Under the pieces are notes generated by a model, which saw nothing but the letters and a program-made list of their open reading frames with translations, was not told where the DNA came from and searched no databases. From Malacoraja senta (lineage: Eukaryota): 64,000 nt of DNA. This document shows positions 26,098-40,612 of this stretch, one piece after another. The position numbers and the translations under genes were made by a program. The stretch is from positions 5,458,001 through 5,522,000 of the forward strand of contig CM075994.1 of the NCBI GenBank assembly GCA_038087875.1. The letters are read 5' to 3'. Every line of letters starts with the position of its first letter. Positions within the stretch are counted from its first letter, which is position 1.

Positions 26098-27553
26098 CTG
26101 CAAAGGACACAATTTGTCACTGTTGCAACGAGACTAAACTTGGGAACAACTATATATTGTGAAATTTGCTTCTAAGCATGCACCTACGAAATAACTATAA
26201 CAACCCCAGAAGTGCTGACGTTGAGCACCGTGTACATATATATTTTGATGCAACTAATTACTAAAATACGGAGAACATATTCTTGCCGTATTGTTATTTG
26301 CACATTTCGTGACCTGTAGGTGGGGGAAGGTTGGTTTAGGTGGTTCGTGTAGACATGCTTTGGAATAATTGAAGTTTCCATAATATTCACCAAAATGACT
26401 CATAATATATAATATAATGGAAATAATAACATTGGCACCTATCATCTTTAGTCTTTTAGATATCTCTACTCATTTGCATTCTGGAAAGTACTACTTCTAA
26501 GGACGGCACGGTGGTACAACGGTAGAGTTGCTGCATTGTAGCGCAGAAGACCCGGGTTCCAACCCGACTACGGCGTACATGTTTGTATGTCATTGGATTG
26601 ATATTAGTGTAAAGCGTCCGTTGTGTGTGTTGGGTAGCTTCGTTTTAGTTTTAGTTTTAGAGACACAGTGTGGAAACGGGCCCTTCAAACATCCGTGTCC
26701 GCGTCGACCAGTGATCCCGGCACATTGACACTATCCAACACACACTGTGGACATGTTTTACATTAATATGCGGGGATTTCCGGCCGGTACGAACTCGGTG
26801 GGCCGAAGGACCCAATTCTGCTCTGTATCTTTAAAATTAAAACATAAAACTGATACAATGCACACGCTGTACGCAGCCGCAAGGTCGTTGCGTGGCGGGG
26901 ATACATTTATCGTACTCAAGCGTGACGCTGGTAGTGCCTACCTTGTGTGCAACCCGTGTTGGCGAGCCGGGGACCTTTTGCTGAACCTTGGTGATCGCCG
27001 GCAGCTCCGCAGTAGGGTGGGAGCCGAAGGTAGGGGAGACAAGTGGCTTGGAGAGAGGTAAGGAAGTTCAACGGGCGCGACGTATGCGATGGAAAGATGA
27101 ACGATGCGTGGATTCCAGACCGTTCGTCACCAAGGGCACTGGGTGAAGAAGGAATGAGTTGAAATGGTCCGCTGGAGCCCCTGCACACGCCTGGGGCACG
27201 AGCGGCTCAGGCACCGCTCAAGAGGCCAGGCGCGCGGATTGGATGCGGCGTACAGCGGCACGAATGAGTGGCAGACACGAACAAGCTTGCTTGGCCAAGC
27301 CGACCATGCAACACCGCCTGGACAGCGGGCATTTTTGGCCAAAACATGAACTCCACTTTTACAGCAACTAGGACTTGAAACAAGAAATGTTGTGTCAAAT
27401 GTGCTGTCTCACTTTACAATGCTTAGGTGCTTGTACTTAACTTTGATGGTGCGTACGTATAATAATATCTTTACTCAATTTAATGGAAAAATGAAATTCC
27501 ATTCTCCCTTGATTTATGTGACCATAAAGTACCATTGTTCTGTTTCGCCTTAC

Positions 27554-27577
27554 CACATTCGCGCAACCTTTTAATGG
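27554..27577 (-). CDS. Microexon 12, 24 nt, AIKRLREC
   Basis: ttctgctttctttacttcag|CCATTAAAAGGTTGCGCGAATGTG|gtaagg; strong splice sites. Confidence 0.75.
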
Positions 27578-28448
27578 CTGAAGTAAAGAAAGCAGAACAA
27601 TATTAGCAATACGTCTTCTGATTTACGTATACTGATTATTTGGAGTATTTTGTTAACATTAATCTTGTATAATGTCCAACCATGAAATTACCGAATAATT
27701 GTGTTATGTTTGATTCAATTTCATAAACTACGCTTCCGTTCTTTTCAGTGGGTTGGTACAGTAGCCATCATCCAGATTAGATTATTCAAAGTAGCTGATG
27801 TGAAGACTAGAACAAGTTATCATCGGGATACCCAAATTCAGATGTCTTCATCTTAAGTGTGCCACGGAGTGACTTAGAGCGGGAAGATGTCACTGGTTAT
27901 TTGCTGATTATGTGTCTATATTAACAACGTTGTTCCCTTTAATTTGATCGTTACATGTCCCAAAATGTTGTTCATCTTTACCCCTTGAACGGCATACCAA
28001 GGAAACATCAGATGCTACGGAAGATATGTGCTACCATTCATTTTATATTAAGCAAGGATGATTAAAATTGATAGATTTGTAAAGAACAAGCACTGCACAC
28101 CGAAGACGTAGTTACGTTAGATTTATCCAATGTCTCAAAGATGCGGAATTAATGCGAGTCAATCAAGATACAGATAAGTTGTGGACATTAGGTTTTTGAA
28201 AGAAAAGGTGGCTATTATGCGGACGTTGCTAACATAATCTGAGATAATTAGAGTAGTCATAGATTATTCATAAAAGTATTGAGAGGTAAGTACAATAACG
28301 GAGGTATATAACGATCGCGACCGTCACATAAAGCAAACTGATATTCATAGAATCGACCTCTTCCATACCAGAACTGTTCAAGTATTTTGGGTCACTAGGC
28401 CATTCTTATCTCAAATATTGGAAAATTGAAATTCACGCTTGTGTGTAC

Positions 28449-28475
28449 CTTCATCTTTATCAGTGATCGGAGTTT
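28449..28475 (-). CDS. Microexon 11 (TDKD repeat exon), 27 nt, ETPITDKDE
   Basis: ttgttcattaatttccag|AAACTCCGATCACTGATAAAGATGAAG|gtacac. Confidence 0.75.
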
Positions 28476-28656
28476 CTGGAAATTAATGAACAATAGCTGT
28501 ATACATCAACCAGGTTAAAACGTGTTAATTTTGTGTCGCAGTTTAAACTTGAACGAGATTGCGCCATCCAATGATTTTATGCTTTCATTACTTTGTTTCT
28601 AAGTACATAGATATGCATCTGCCCGGGAAACACCACATGCTTCAACCGGCTTGTTA

Positions 28657-29262
28657 AAAGGTCTGTCTCACGAATCTGCGGTCATTGGCGGCGAAACGGG
28701 AAGAATCTGCCGCCATAGACCGCGCACTCGTGAGAAAGAACAATTCCCGGGCCGTGCGACGGTGTTCCCAACACCGCGCGGTGCAAAAATAAAATCGACA
28801 ATGTCGAAAACACTATCCTCACCGCACAACCTCCACCAGTGATGCACGAGTGCGCACGGCCGCTCGCACGGGCCGCCCCCAGTGTGGGTCGAGCGCCGTG
28901 CGTCAAACCTCCTCTGCCACAGCCTCCGCCAGTGACGCACGTGCCGCCGCCAGTGAGGCACGTGTGCTGCGCGGCCACAGGCACAGCCATCGCTACAGCG
29001 CCGCGATCAGGATGGCCGCCGCCACAGCCGCCGCTGGTGAGTCACGTGCGGGGGGCCGACGTCATCGAAGTCGGCCCGCCCTTTTTTTACTTACCGCAAG
29101 CACGTGGGACCCGCCGTGTTTGAATTAACTCGGCCCCCGCGCAACATCCGTGCAGCGCCCCGGTGGATAGGCTCGACGCTCTCGCCGTTGCCGCGCGGTC
29201 CTCGCTACCGGCGAGGCCGCGCTTCACCGCCGATGACCGCAAACAGGTAAGACACGGCCTTA
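28657..29262. mobile_element. PIF/Harbinger-like MITE
   Basis: TIRs AGGTCTGTCTCAC..TGCGGTCATTGGCGG / CCGCCGATGACCGCA..AGACACGGCCT; TAA/TTA-like flanks; sister copy inverted at ~38548-39085. Confidence 0.75.
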
Positions 29263-29674
29263 AGTGAATGTATATTATGGAATGTTGCGCATATCGACTA
29301 AAAATTGCTTGATATTGAAATCAGCGGTTCCGAATATCAATTTGCACCTGGTCTGCGGGCACTAAGCCGTGCACCCTGGTGTGAAAAAAACACATGCTAC
29401 ATATGAAAGCTTGTGAGTAACTTTTGTCTTCTCCATGCACCATTGTTGTAAGTAAATCCAATCATGATATCCTGAGCTCAAGGCAAAGCCACTATATTCA
29501 ATCACGCAACGAAGATGAATTCCTTCGCATAAGTTAGCATAGCGTGCAGAGATGAGCGTTCTGATTTTAGGATTTCATGTTTAATTTTATTATATTAATT
29601 AACGTGTGTGTTTGTGTGTACGTGGAGGGCTGTGCGTGTGTGTGCGTGTGTGTGCGTGTGTGTGGAAAACACTT

Positions 29675-29997
29675 CTAGGTTCATGAGTATACAAGCCCAG
29701 CCTCTCCATTCTTTCAATATATGACAGTCCCCCCATCCCGGTATTTAAAGTGGTGAATCTTCGTTGCCCTTCCTCAATAGCAAGAACGTCCTTCCTCAAA
29801 TTGGGAGAAAATACTCACTGCTCACAATACTCCAGATGTGGTCTCACTGGGGCCCTGTACAACTGCAGAATGACCTATTTGCTCCAATTATCTACTGCTC
29901 TTCTATGACGGCCAACATGCCATTTGCTTTCTTCACTGCCTGCTGAACCTGCATGCTTACTTTAATTGAGTGATGAACAACGACTCCCAGATCACTT
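29675..29997 (-). mobile_element. CR1 RT fragment
   Basis: MRKDVLAIEEGQRRFT...ERLGLY. Confidence 0.85.
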
Positions 29998-31099
29998 CCC
30001 TCTCAGCGACCCTGAAATGTCAGTGAAAACAACAGCGAGAAATTTGCTACAGATATAAATCGTTGCATGGAATTAAAATAAAAGGTTTATATGCGATATG
30101 GCTACGAAGGAAACTCAAACAATATATTGAAAAGTATATTTCAACTGTAGCGTCCTTACTCTGTTTAGAGGTAACCAGCACAAGTAAAACTGTCAACATA
30201 TATATTTTTGCATGGAACAACTCTGCCACAATGTTCCGTCATGTACGCGTGATACTAGTCATATAGTTATGCAAATTTCAAACTAGACGTGCGAAGTACA
30301 TCCTACATGGGAACCATCTACAATGCAGCGTAACTACAGATGTAATAGATTTGCCTTTGTATACACGGCCATTGTTATAAGCGACATAGAAATGCTATAA
30401 AACTCCATCTCATCCAAGTTCAAATTCAAGTTCAAGTTCGAATTCATTGTCATATGTACCAAATCAGATACAGTGATAATTATTTATTCCTTTGACCTTT
30501 TCATATATGTGTGAGACGTCAACTCTGGTAATAATACCTTGGATGAAAATAGTGGGTAAGCTCCAACCATGAGCCTGTGTTATCCGCAAATGCATCCGTT
30601 GCTCTTGACCGTTAAACTTGCTTAAACATTGTTCAAACTATATTCCAGCGAACAGAAGACCAAAGAAACAATATATGATGAGAAGATGTGACGGTGCTTC
30701 CTGGCATTTTATTTTGAAGTGAAGATGAAAATAATTGATAGATGTGTAAAGAATAACAATACCGTACGGAGCATTCATATATTCATTTCACTGTATCCAA
30801 TACATCCATGAAGCAGAATTAAGACAATCTAATCAAGACACGGAGTGGTTGTGGGGAAATGATTTTTGGAAGATTGGTTATAATTTGACACTCGCTGTCG
30901 TACATTGAGTAAATTCCAGCACTCAATAGTTAATAATAAGTGCATTGAGAGGTAAATGTTAGAAAGGCCGTGTTTTACAAAAATCTAATATTATGCAGTG
31001 AGTACTCCTTTTCCACTCTAGAAATGTTCAAGGATATTAGAGCAATATGATATTTTGTGTTTCAAAGATTGGAAAATTCAATTTCGCGCATGTGCATAC

Positions 31100-31126
31100 C
31101 AGAATCTTTATCAGTTTTTGATTCAT
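31100..31126 (-). CDS. Microexon 10 (TDKD repeat exon), 27 nt, DESKTDKDS
   Basis: ttcttcattttgtgccag|ATGAATCAAAAACTGATAAAGATTCTG|gtatgc. Confidence 0.8.
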
Positions 31127-32165
31127 CTGGCACAAAATGAAGAATATCAGAAAGAGTAATTTCTATTGATTAATACGACTTCAATGTACCCACACATTAT
31201 TCTCAATTGCATAGTGTGGGAAATCTGCACGTTACATGTACCTCCAATGACTGAATTCATGATATATATGACTTGTTATATTTCATTGCGTGGACAAAGA
31301 AAATAATGTGATTCTGGTTTTTTTCCGCGATAATATAAATGATTCATAGAAGCAAATTTATACTTTGAGCGGGGAACACACATTTATTTAAACTGCTTGA
31401 CAAGCGAATGCCCATGCTCGAATATTGGGCTTAAACTCATAATACGTAGAAATCAGCGGTCAGACAACATCCTGCTCCATCATGCATTGTCAAGATCCCG
31501 ACATGTCGTGTATTTCCTTCCGCTAATGCTTCATCATCAATTGAATTATCTCCGCAATATTTATCATGAAGTACATAATGTGGATTTTAGGTGGTCCGAA
31601 TATCAATTTGGAGCACGTCTGCATGCGTTACACCTGCTGCCTGCTGTGAAGGATCGCAGAACGCAGCTAGGAGCCTATGATGACACCTGTGTTCACCCCG
31701 GTACATTGTTGTCTGTAAACACAACCAAAACACGCTGAACTGAAGGCAAATTCACAATAGTTAATCAGTAAATGCCGTTGCATTTGTTAGAATACGTTAA
31801 CGTGTAAAGATGATGATGTTCCTTTTAATGACAACATATTTATTGTACGTATTTTAATTAATGTTATACATTTAAATTACGTTTAATATTTTACGAATAA
31901 TGTGTGTATCGTTTTATTTCTAATTTACTTTCGTGTTCCGCGTATAACTGTTTACCATGAACTTGGTCAGTCAAGTCCTTTGACTGACCTGGACATCATA
32001 AATTCTTCGAGATAGGCTGGATATTAGTTCTTGTCACTTGTAATCCAGTCGCTCCATTTTAAGGAAGAGGTCGTTTTACTGTATATCACTTAGCACGTCT
32101 AGGCAACTTCGTGCCATTAAGAACGGTATCAACAAGGGGATCAGTGCAGACATTGAACACAGGAA

Positions 32166-32196
<31 letters not shown>

Positions 32197-33578
32197 CACC
32201 CGTCCAAGTGTGTTCGGTCCATGGCTTCCTGGGTAACGTTGTCGTCAATCCTTCAGCAATGACCACTTCGGCTACATACAACATATTAAGAATATATGTG
32301 CATAGAGCGTGCAATGGTTTCCATTTGTCAACCGGACATGATATTCCTTATCTGAATTTTATATTAATGGGTTCAATTTTAACAACGACACATTATTCTG
32401 CCTCTTTACATGAAACACGTGCTTAACGTGCCTACTGACAATTTGATATTCATCGTTTGATATAACACTGAATACGTCTGTCCTCATTGCCATGCACTTC
32501 GTGAACTCCACCAATTTGAATTTAAAACGAACTTACAAGCAAAACATTTGACATGTTGTTCCTGTGTTATGGATTTATTGTGGCTGTGTGTGTTTATGTG
32601 TGCGTGCGTGTGTATGGTAGTGAACATTGACTTCGGAAATTCTCACTCAGCTACACTGCAATCTAAGTGAAATCAAGAGCGAGAAATATGCTGCACATCG
32701 AAACCGTTGCATGGGAAATAAAATACAAAACATATGTGCTTGAGACTGCGATGAAAATAATATATACTGAAACAAACTTATTTTGTTAGCGTCCTCAATG
32801 TGCTTTGAAGCATCTACCAATAGTAACACTCAAAAGGTTATTTATTCTTGAATGCAACAACTATGTCATAATTTGCCGTCATGTTCGCGCGATTCCAGTA
32901 GTTTAGTTATCCAAGATTCATATCAGACGACCAAAGTGTAATGGGTAACATATACAGTGCAAAATCACTGCATAAGTAATAGATTTTATATTGAAGACGC
33001 GTCTATTTCAAATATTAACATGTTTAATCCGCAAAATGCGACGATCAGTGTGACCCGAGCAAGTCAAAATCGGAGCCAATAACTTGTAGACATTATATGA
33101 GACTCCATGAGGTTTTTTGTGCCTTTGCACAATTTATATATGTGTGAGACTTGAACTCTGGTAATTATGCCTCAGAGAAAAGTGGTGGGTAAGCTCAGAT
33201 CATGTACCTCTATTGATACATTGCCATTGTTTGTTAAACTTGCTTAAACTTTATTCATGTATATGCCAGCGAACTGATTATCAAAGCAACAATACATGGA
33301 CAGATGATGTGATTGTGTTTCCTGACGTTTTGCTTTGAGACAGAAATTATTAAAATTGACAGATGAGTCAAAGACTACGAATACATTCGGAAGACTAAAT
33401 ATATTACTTTCATTGTATCCAATGCATAAATAAAGCTGAATTAACGCGATCTAATAAAGAAACGGGGAGATTGTCGGAATATGATTTTTGACAGAAACAT
33501 TGGTTATAATCTAGAACTCGCTGACAAACATTGAGTTAATTCGAGTATTCAAACGTTATTGATAAGTGAATTGAGAGG

Positions 33579-34210
33579 TAATGCTCCTGTCCCACTTAGG
33601 GAACCTGAAGGGAAACCTTGCGCGGTGAAGATGAAGGTAAACGGCTGTCACAGAGCACGGTAAGTCCTTTAGAGAGCGCGGGAGGGAGGGAGAGAACGGT
33701 AAAGAAGTGGAGAGAAGGACAGATAAGGGGAGAGAGAAGGGGAAGAGAAGGGGAGAGAAGGGGAGCGAGAAGGGGTGAGAAGGGGAGAGAAGGGGTGAGA
33801 AGGGGGGTAGAAGGGGGGAGTAGGGGAGAGAATGGGGGAGTAGGAGTGGAGACAATTTTAATAAGTTTAATAAAGTTCGCGGGCATTTAACCTTCCGGCT
33901 GATTGTCTAGGTTCTGAAAACCAAAGATCCTTCAGGATTTTTGTTGAAAACTCCAATGAGCCAATCAAAATGGCCGGTCAGCGAAGTAGATTGCCTTCGA
34001 CAGCTTGTAAGTAAATAGCGACCCCACTCCACCGGCTTCCACCAAACGGCAACCAATTTTTAGTCGAGGTCTGTTTTGATTTTGTTGAAATAATCGCAGG
34101 AACATAGAAGAAGCCTCGACTACGCGGAAACCACTTTCGACCATTAGGGAGAGTGACCAAAACCTCCTGGAACCTCCGGGAACCTCACGGAAATCTTGGG
34201 TGGGGCGCAA
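33579..34210. mobile_element. Harbinger-like MITE with purine-rich internal tract
   Basis: Begins TAA-TGCTCCTGTCCCACTTAGG; GA-rich tract at ~33680-33850; interrupts a tandem-array unit. Confidence 0.55.
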
Positions 34211-34388
34211 ATGAGACATGGGCATAAGTGTAAGAACGGAGGGATGGAACGGTTTGGACACTCTTTACAAAAATAAAATATTATTTATACAGTAGTCCTT
34301 TCCCGCACTAGAACTGTTCAAGGATATTAGGCCACTCTGACATTTCGTATCTCAAATGATTGGAACATTCAAATACGTGCATGCATAC

Positions 34389-34415
34389 CTGCATCTTTAT
34401 CAGTTTTGGTTTTAT
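34389..34415 (-). CDS. Microexon 9 (TDKD repeat exon), 27 nt, DKTKTDKDA
   Basis: ttcttcttttcgtgccag|ATAAAACCAAAACTGATAAAGATGCAG|gtatgc. Confidence 0.8.
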
Positions 34416-36476
34416 CTGGCACGAAAAGAAGAATAAATTCTAATAATTCATTACTCATCAAGTTACCCACATATCTTTCGCAATTGCTCTGTGTAGGATT
34501 CCTATATGCTGCATGTACCAGTAATTACTGAAATACTAATATCCATGACGTTATATTTCATTGTGCAGACAAAGAAAATAAAGCTACTTCTGTTGTTTTT
34601 TCTGCGGTAATATAAAAGTTTTGTAGAATTAATATTAGTCTGTGCATATCTTCCAATTTTTCAATTTTATATCAACTGGTATAGAACGTCTTATTTTATG
34701 TCGCTTTGTTGTAATGGAAATTTATTTCCCCACCCCATCCGCCGTACAGGGGTTAAACGTCTTGAATCCATGGAAGCTGATAAGATAGATTCATCTAATC
34801 GGGAAACATATATTGCTTGTGTTATGAAGCACATACTGCAGCTAGAAACTTGAGGGTGACTTTTGACTCCTCCCTGAGACATTATTGACTGTAAACCCAA
34901 TCTTTATACCACGAACGGCAGCCGAGGCTGCTATAGTTAATCGCGCAGCGCAGACGAATTCCTGAGCAGAAGTTTGCCGAGTAGAGATGAGCGTCTATAT
35001 TTTATGATTTCTGGTTAATTTTAGGTATTTTAATTTATTTGTTTGTGTTAATGTGTTTGCGCCTGCCTGTGTTTTTCAGATATTTGACTTCAGAAACTCT
35101 GCCAAACTGCAATTTCAGTGAAAACAATAGCGAGAACTATGCTACACATATAAATCGTTGTATCTGAGTCGAAATAAAAAGGATTATATGCGCTTAAGAT
35201 TAAGAAGGATACTCAAAAATTATACTGGAATTTACATTTCAATTGTAGCGTCCTTGCTGTACTGAGAAGCTAGTAATACTGAAACATATTACTTAATCTT
35301 GAATGCGACAACTATGTCATTATTTACCGTCATGTTCGTGTGTTACCAGATCATACAAAACGAGCAATGTGCTTCCTGCATTGGAACCATCAACGGTGCA
35401 GCGTAACTACATAAATGACATAACTACATAAACTACATAAACTACATAAATAATACATTTTTGTTTAAATACGCGCCTATTGCAATTATAAATATATTTC
35501 ACCTGCAAAATGCGACGATCAGTGGAATCGTCGCAAGTCAAAATCTGGGGCATTAACTAATAGAAATCCGTTTAAATCATTATACCGTTGATCATTTTAA
35601 ATGTATGTGATACGTGAAGTCTGGTAATGATACCATGGATAAAAATAATGTGTGAGCTCAGATCATGTGCCTCTTTTAACCGCAAGTTAACCCATGGCCC
35701 TTGACGGTACAACTTGCTTAAACGTTGTTCCTCTCATGATTCAGTGAATGAAAGATCAAATGAACTATACATGGACAGAATGTGCGACTCTTCTTCTTGA
35801 CATTTTACTTTAAGGCAAAGATGAATAAAATTGATAGATGAGTAAAGGACAACCATTGCGTACAGAAGACTTAGCATATTACGTTCACTCTATCCAATGC
35901 ATCAACGAAGTAGAATTAAGGCGATCTAAACTACACACGAAGAGTTTGTGGGAATTTGATTTTTTAAAGGAATATTGGTTTGCTATCTGGAACTCGGTGA
36001 CATACATTCAGTCAATTCCAGCAGTCAAAGGTTATTGATGAGAGCATTGAGAGTTTAGTGTAAGAGTGGATGGATGAAACGGCCAGGAGCATTTTTGGAA
36101 AAATAACATATAATTTAGAGAATAGTCCTTTTCCTTTCCAGAACTGTTCAAGGGTATCAGCCTCAAAGTAAAAAGCCTGGAAGCACTGTCAGAACTTCTG
36201 CCCATGTATCGTTTATTTGATGTTCAATTCGCTGGAAAATAAGATGAACAAAGTTTCAGAAGTTTAAACATCAAAGGCAATGGATAAACTAGCGGTTAAC
36301 AAAGGCACATGATTTAAGGGTACCCACTATTATTATGCATGGTCTCATTACCAGACTTCACTTCTCACATGTATATCTATTGCTCAAAGATATAATTAAC
36401 CAAATACAGTCTTATAACAATCTGACGTTTTATGTATCTCAAAGATTGGAATATTCAAATTCGCGCACATTCATAC

Positions 36477-36503
36477 CTGAATCTTTATCCGTTTTTGAAT
36501 CAT
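36477..36503 (-). CDS. Microexon 8 (TDKD repeat exon), 27 nt, DDSKTDKDS
   Basis: cttcttcatttcgttgcag|ATGATTCAAAAACGGATAAAGATTCAG|gtatga. Confidence 0.8.
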
Positions 36504-38547
36504 CTGCAACGAAATGAAGAAGACCCATAAGAATATTTCCATTATTTCATTATTCATCAAGTTGCCCACATATTATTTTCAATCGCATTGTGTATGACAC
36601 GTAAGCATAATATCAATTACTTCTTATATTTCATTGGGTACACAAAGACAATAATGGTTATAAGCGTTTTCGGTATTTTGACTGCGAATTATCAGGCCAT
36701 AGGTCACTCGCGGTAGACTTTCTCCGCAGCTATAATGCTGGGTTGTGCACAGGCCTGTGTTTCGTCCGTGATCGGGGTCGGGCCCGGTTCTTCGGCGCAG
36801 TTGAGTTGCTGTTGAGCATTACCCGTCCCCTCCCGTGTGTCCCGTCCCTGTCCGGGGGTGTCCGGGATGGCCCTGGGCTGGCGATCACTGACCTGCTACC
36901 CGTGCGGAGGGGGAGCGCTGGCACCGGTTCGGCTCTGCTACGGCTCCGGGGGGCGCGTTCCCTGGCGGACCTGGGCCCATCGGCTGCGCCTCTCGCCTTT
37001 TCCAGTGGCTGTCGGTTGGCCCGATCGGTGCCGGCGGGGGCCGAGCGCCGTTCATCGGCGAGATGCACACCTGCAGCGTCTCGGCGGGTAAGGCATCATC
37101 TCTGAAGAAGGGCCAGAACCAAAACGTCACCCATTCCTTTTCTCCGGGGATGCAGCCTCTCCCGCTGAGTTCTTGCAGCGTTTTGTGTGTGCCCCGTTGA
37201 TAGCTGGTTCTCGGCTTTCGCCGGCGACGGATTGAGTTGGACGGCGGCCAATAAGTTGGGCGGGGTGTGCGTCGGAGAGCGGCTTCCTCGGGAGTTGGAG
37301 CGGGGTTGAGCTAGAGTTGGCGCTTCTTCTCCACGTTGGCTTTAGGCCTGTGACTGCCCCTAATCCGGGCCGCTGTCCCGTCGGTCCTGGACTGTTGCTT
37401 GGCCCTGCGGGACAGGCGGAGTTGTGCTGGGGATCATGCTTCAACTCTGCTCAGGCTGTGATACGTCGCTCCTCCGGTCCGCTGTCTCGCCGCTCCGGGG
37501 CGGTCGGTTGGGGCGGCGGGACAGGAGCTGTGGTTGGCGCTTTTCCACGCTGTCTGTGGGCTTGTGGATCGCCGCTCTTCCGGGCCGCAGTTCGGTGGCT
37601 CCGGACGTTACAACGGTCCGGACGTCACACCCTGGTCCAAAAGGCATCGTCGAACCGGTCTAAAGAGTGTTCCCGGCCGAAACGTCTTGTATTTCCATCC
37701 GCAAATGCTTCATAATGCAATTTGTTTTAAATTTATCATTATACGTATGGGCGCATTTCAAAGACTCTCAAGGACGCCTTGCAGATAAGCAGACTACAAA
37801 ACATATAAGCAGAATAAAAAAATTAAAAATAGTAGGGATTTCAACAACATCACAATACACAAATTAAGGACATAATTCATTCTAAAGGCACAAAAAAGAA
37901 AATCAGAAACACAATTTGAGGCGAGAGCAGCGCCCGCGTCCACTCTCTCCGCAATGAGTTCTTTGCGCAATTTAGATTATGAAATGCTTACTTTTAAAGT
38001 AAGGTTTTCCGAATTTCACTTTGTATTAGTCAGCATGGGCTAAGCCCTGGAGCCTGTTGTGAAGAAGCGCAGAACGCAGCTCCATTATTTGGTTGACATC
38101 TGTCTCCGCCCCGGGGCATTGTCGACTGTAAACCCGCTCGCTCCCCTCAACTAACAGCAAAGCCACGATGGTTAATCAAGAATTGCAGATAATTTGTTCG
38201 AATAGGATAACCTGTAAAGATGAGGGCCTTCCTTTTAATACTGCATGTTTATTTTAGATATTTTAATCAATATATTTAATTTGGAATTGTATCTAATATT
38301 TTACTCATATTAATGCACACGTGTACCTCGTATTTTGCTTTATCGTGGACTTTTAAAAAATGTGGACAAATTCTTTGACTAACTAAGATTTAAGGTCGAC
38401 GAGATACACCATGTGCTGGACATTAGACCTTGCCACAGGTGGCCGATGGCCCCGTTTCAATGAAAATGGTGTTTACTATCAGTTAACATATATTGGCAAC
38501 TGCGTGACGATGTTATGGCATCCTAAGCTTAGACGCACTTTCCATTC

Positions 38548-39085
38548 GTAATGGATCTGTCCCACGGGTTTGCGGTCGTTGGCGGTGAAGCGCGGCGTCG
38601 CCGGAACAGGGGACGGCACGGCAACCACGATAGCGCCGCACGGATGTTGCGCGGGGGGCCAAGTACGGCCGGTTCAACAAGCTTGCGGTTTCGGCTGATG
38701 ACGTATTTCGGATCGCGGGGCTGTGGCGGCGGCCGTGCCGCACACGTACCTCACTGTCGGCGGCTGTGGCGGCGGCCGTGCCGCACACGTGCCTCACTGG
38801 CGGAGGCTGTGGCGGTGCAGGTTCGACTTACGGCGCCCGTGCCTCATTGGCGGCGGCTGTGGCGGTGACCGTGCCGCACTCGTGCCTCACTGGCGGCGGC
38901 TGTGCGGTAGGAACATATTTTTGGACAGTGTTGGGTTTTGTTTAGCACCGTGCGGTGTTGGGAACAACGCCGCACGGCCCCGGAATTGTGCGTTTGACCG
39001 AGCCCGCGGTCTCTGGCGGCCCAGGAGCGGTAGATATTTCCTGTTTCGCCGCCAATGACCGCAGACTCGTGAGACAGGCCTTTTA
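38548..39085. mobile_element. PIF/Harbinger-like MITE (same family as 28657-29262, opposite orientation)
   Basis: TIRs CTGTCCCACG.. / ..CGTGAGACAGGCCT; internal ~39-bp GC-rich subrepeats. Confidence 0.75.
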
Positions 39086-39244
39086 CACTGGCAAAATATA
39101 ACTTATATTTTGCAACAACTGTTTCATAATGTCCCATCATTTTTGCGCGAAACCAATTGTTAAGTTAAAGAAAGTTAATTTAAGACAAGCGAAGAGCATC
39201 CTTCATCGGAACCACCGAAAGTGCATCGTAACTACAGAACTAAT

Positions 39245-39607
39245 AGATTTGCTTTAGAATATACGGATTCGTCCGCCCGACGCAGGGGCACCGACAGGAG
39301 AGCTTCGACTGCCCCGACGCGGGAGTTTCGATAGCCCGACGCAGGGGCTTCGTACGATGGCTACGGGAGCTTCCATCGCCCCGACCGCCGATGGTTCGAC
39401 TGCCCGACCGCGGGAAATTAAAGAGGGAAGAGGATTCTACTTTATGGCCTTCCATCACAGTGAATGTGGAGAATCCGCGGAGGTGGGTGTTTATGTTAAC
39501 TTTCATGCAGTTTTGTGTCTTGTTGCTTTTTGTCGCTGTATGGTAATTCGAATATCACTGTACCTTAATTGGTACATGTGACAATAAAAGACCTTTGAAA
39601 CCTTTGC
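39245..39607 (+). mobile_element. Non-autonomous GC-rich retroposon with a LINE-derived tail
   Basis: GC-rich subrepeats, core GCCTTCCATCACAGTG, tail GTGACAATAAA plus short repeat. Confidence 0.55.
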
Positions 39608-40585
39608 ACTGATTGAAATGTTTCATTTGCAAAATGCGGCAATCTGTCTAATCCTAGCAAGTCAAAATCTGGGCCAATAACTTGTAAAATGTCTTATAAG
39701 CCTCCATTTAGTTCATTATACATTTGAACATTTCATATATATGTGAGACGTGAACTCTAGTAACGATGGCATGGATAAAAATAGTGGGTAATCTCAGATC
39801 ATGTGCCTCTGTTAACTCTAAGTTGATCCATTGCCCTTGATTGATAAACGTGTTTAAACTTTGTTCTTCTTATGTTGTAGCGAGTGAAAGACCGAAGACA
39901 CATCATGAGGACAGAAGATGTGACTGCTTCTGAGCATTTAACATTAAGGCAGAGATGATTAAATGTTATAAATGAGTTAAGGACAACCAATGCGTACAGA
40001 TGTCTTAATATATTACGTTTTCTGTGGGTTCAAGGGAAGAGGGATCACTTCGCTGCCCTTTTTGCCACCAATCTTCCGATGACCACGCACAAGACGCCAT
40101 TGTATGCAGATGCCGAGAAATATGTACAGTTTTGGCTGAAATATTTCTAATCTTGTGATGTAGACTCGGTAAGATGGCTTTCACTGTATCCAATGTATCA
40201 ATGAAACAGAATTAAGGAGATCTAAACAAGAAACAGAGCGGTTGTGCGGATTTGATATTTTACAGAAACAAGTGTCAAGAGTCAACAGTGTTTTGTTGTC
40301 ATATGTCCCAGATAGAACAAACAAATTCTTACTTGCTGCAACGCAACAGAATGTGTCTGTACATTAAGTTACATTGCGTTCATTCCAGTACTCAAAAGTT
40401 ATCGATAAAAGCATTGAGACGTAAGTGTAAGGACGGTGCATATAACGCCCAAGGCCGTTTTCACAAATCTAAAATCACCTTTGCAATATAGTGATTCTCC
40501 GCGCCAGAACTGTTCAATGATATTAGGGCACTATGACGTTTTGTATCCCAAAGATTGGAACATTGAAATTCGCGAATATGCGTAC

Positions 40586-40612
40586 CTGAATCTTTATCAG
40601 TTATTGCTTTTT
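40586..40612 (-). CDS. Microexon 7 (TDKD repeat exon), 27 nt, EKAITDKDS
   Basis: ttcttcttttcgtgccag|AAAAAGCAATAACTGATAAAGATTCAG|gtacgc; paralogous to four other exons. Confidence 0.8.

Noticed and set aside
26439..26465. 27-nt open phase-1 candidate exon (EISKRLKMI)
   Set aside because: Purine-rich acceptor and weak donor (gtgcca).
31242..31250. Possible 9-nt AG/GT-bounded segments in array units (also ~34519)
   Set aside because: Too short to distinguish from chance and not retained in all units.
30550..39800. Plus-strand donor-like GGTAAG motifs repeated in the array units
   Set aside because: Not conserved across all units and no matching acceptor or open frame found.
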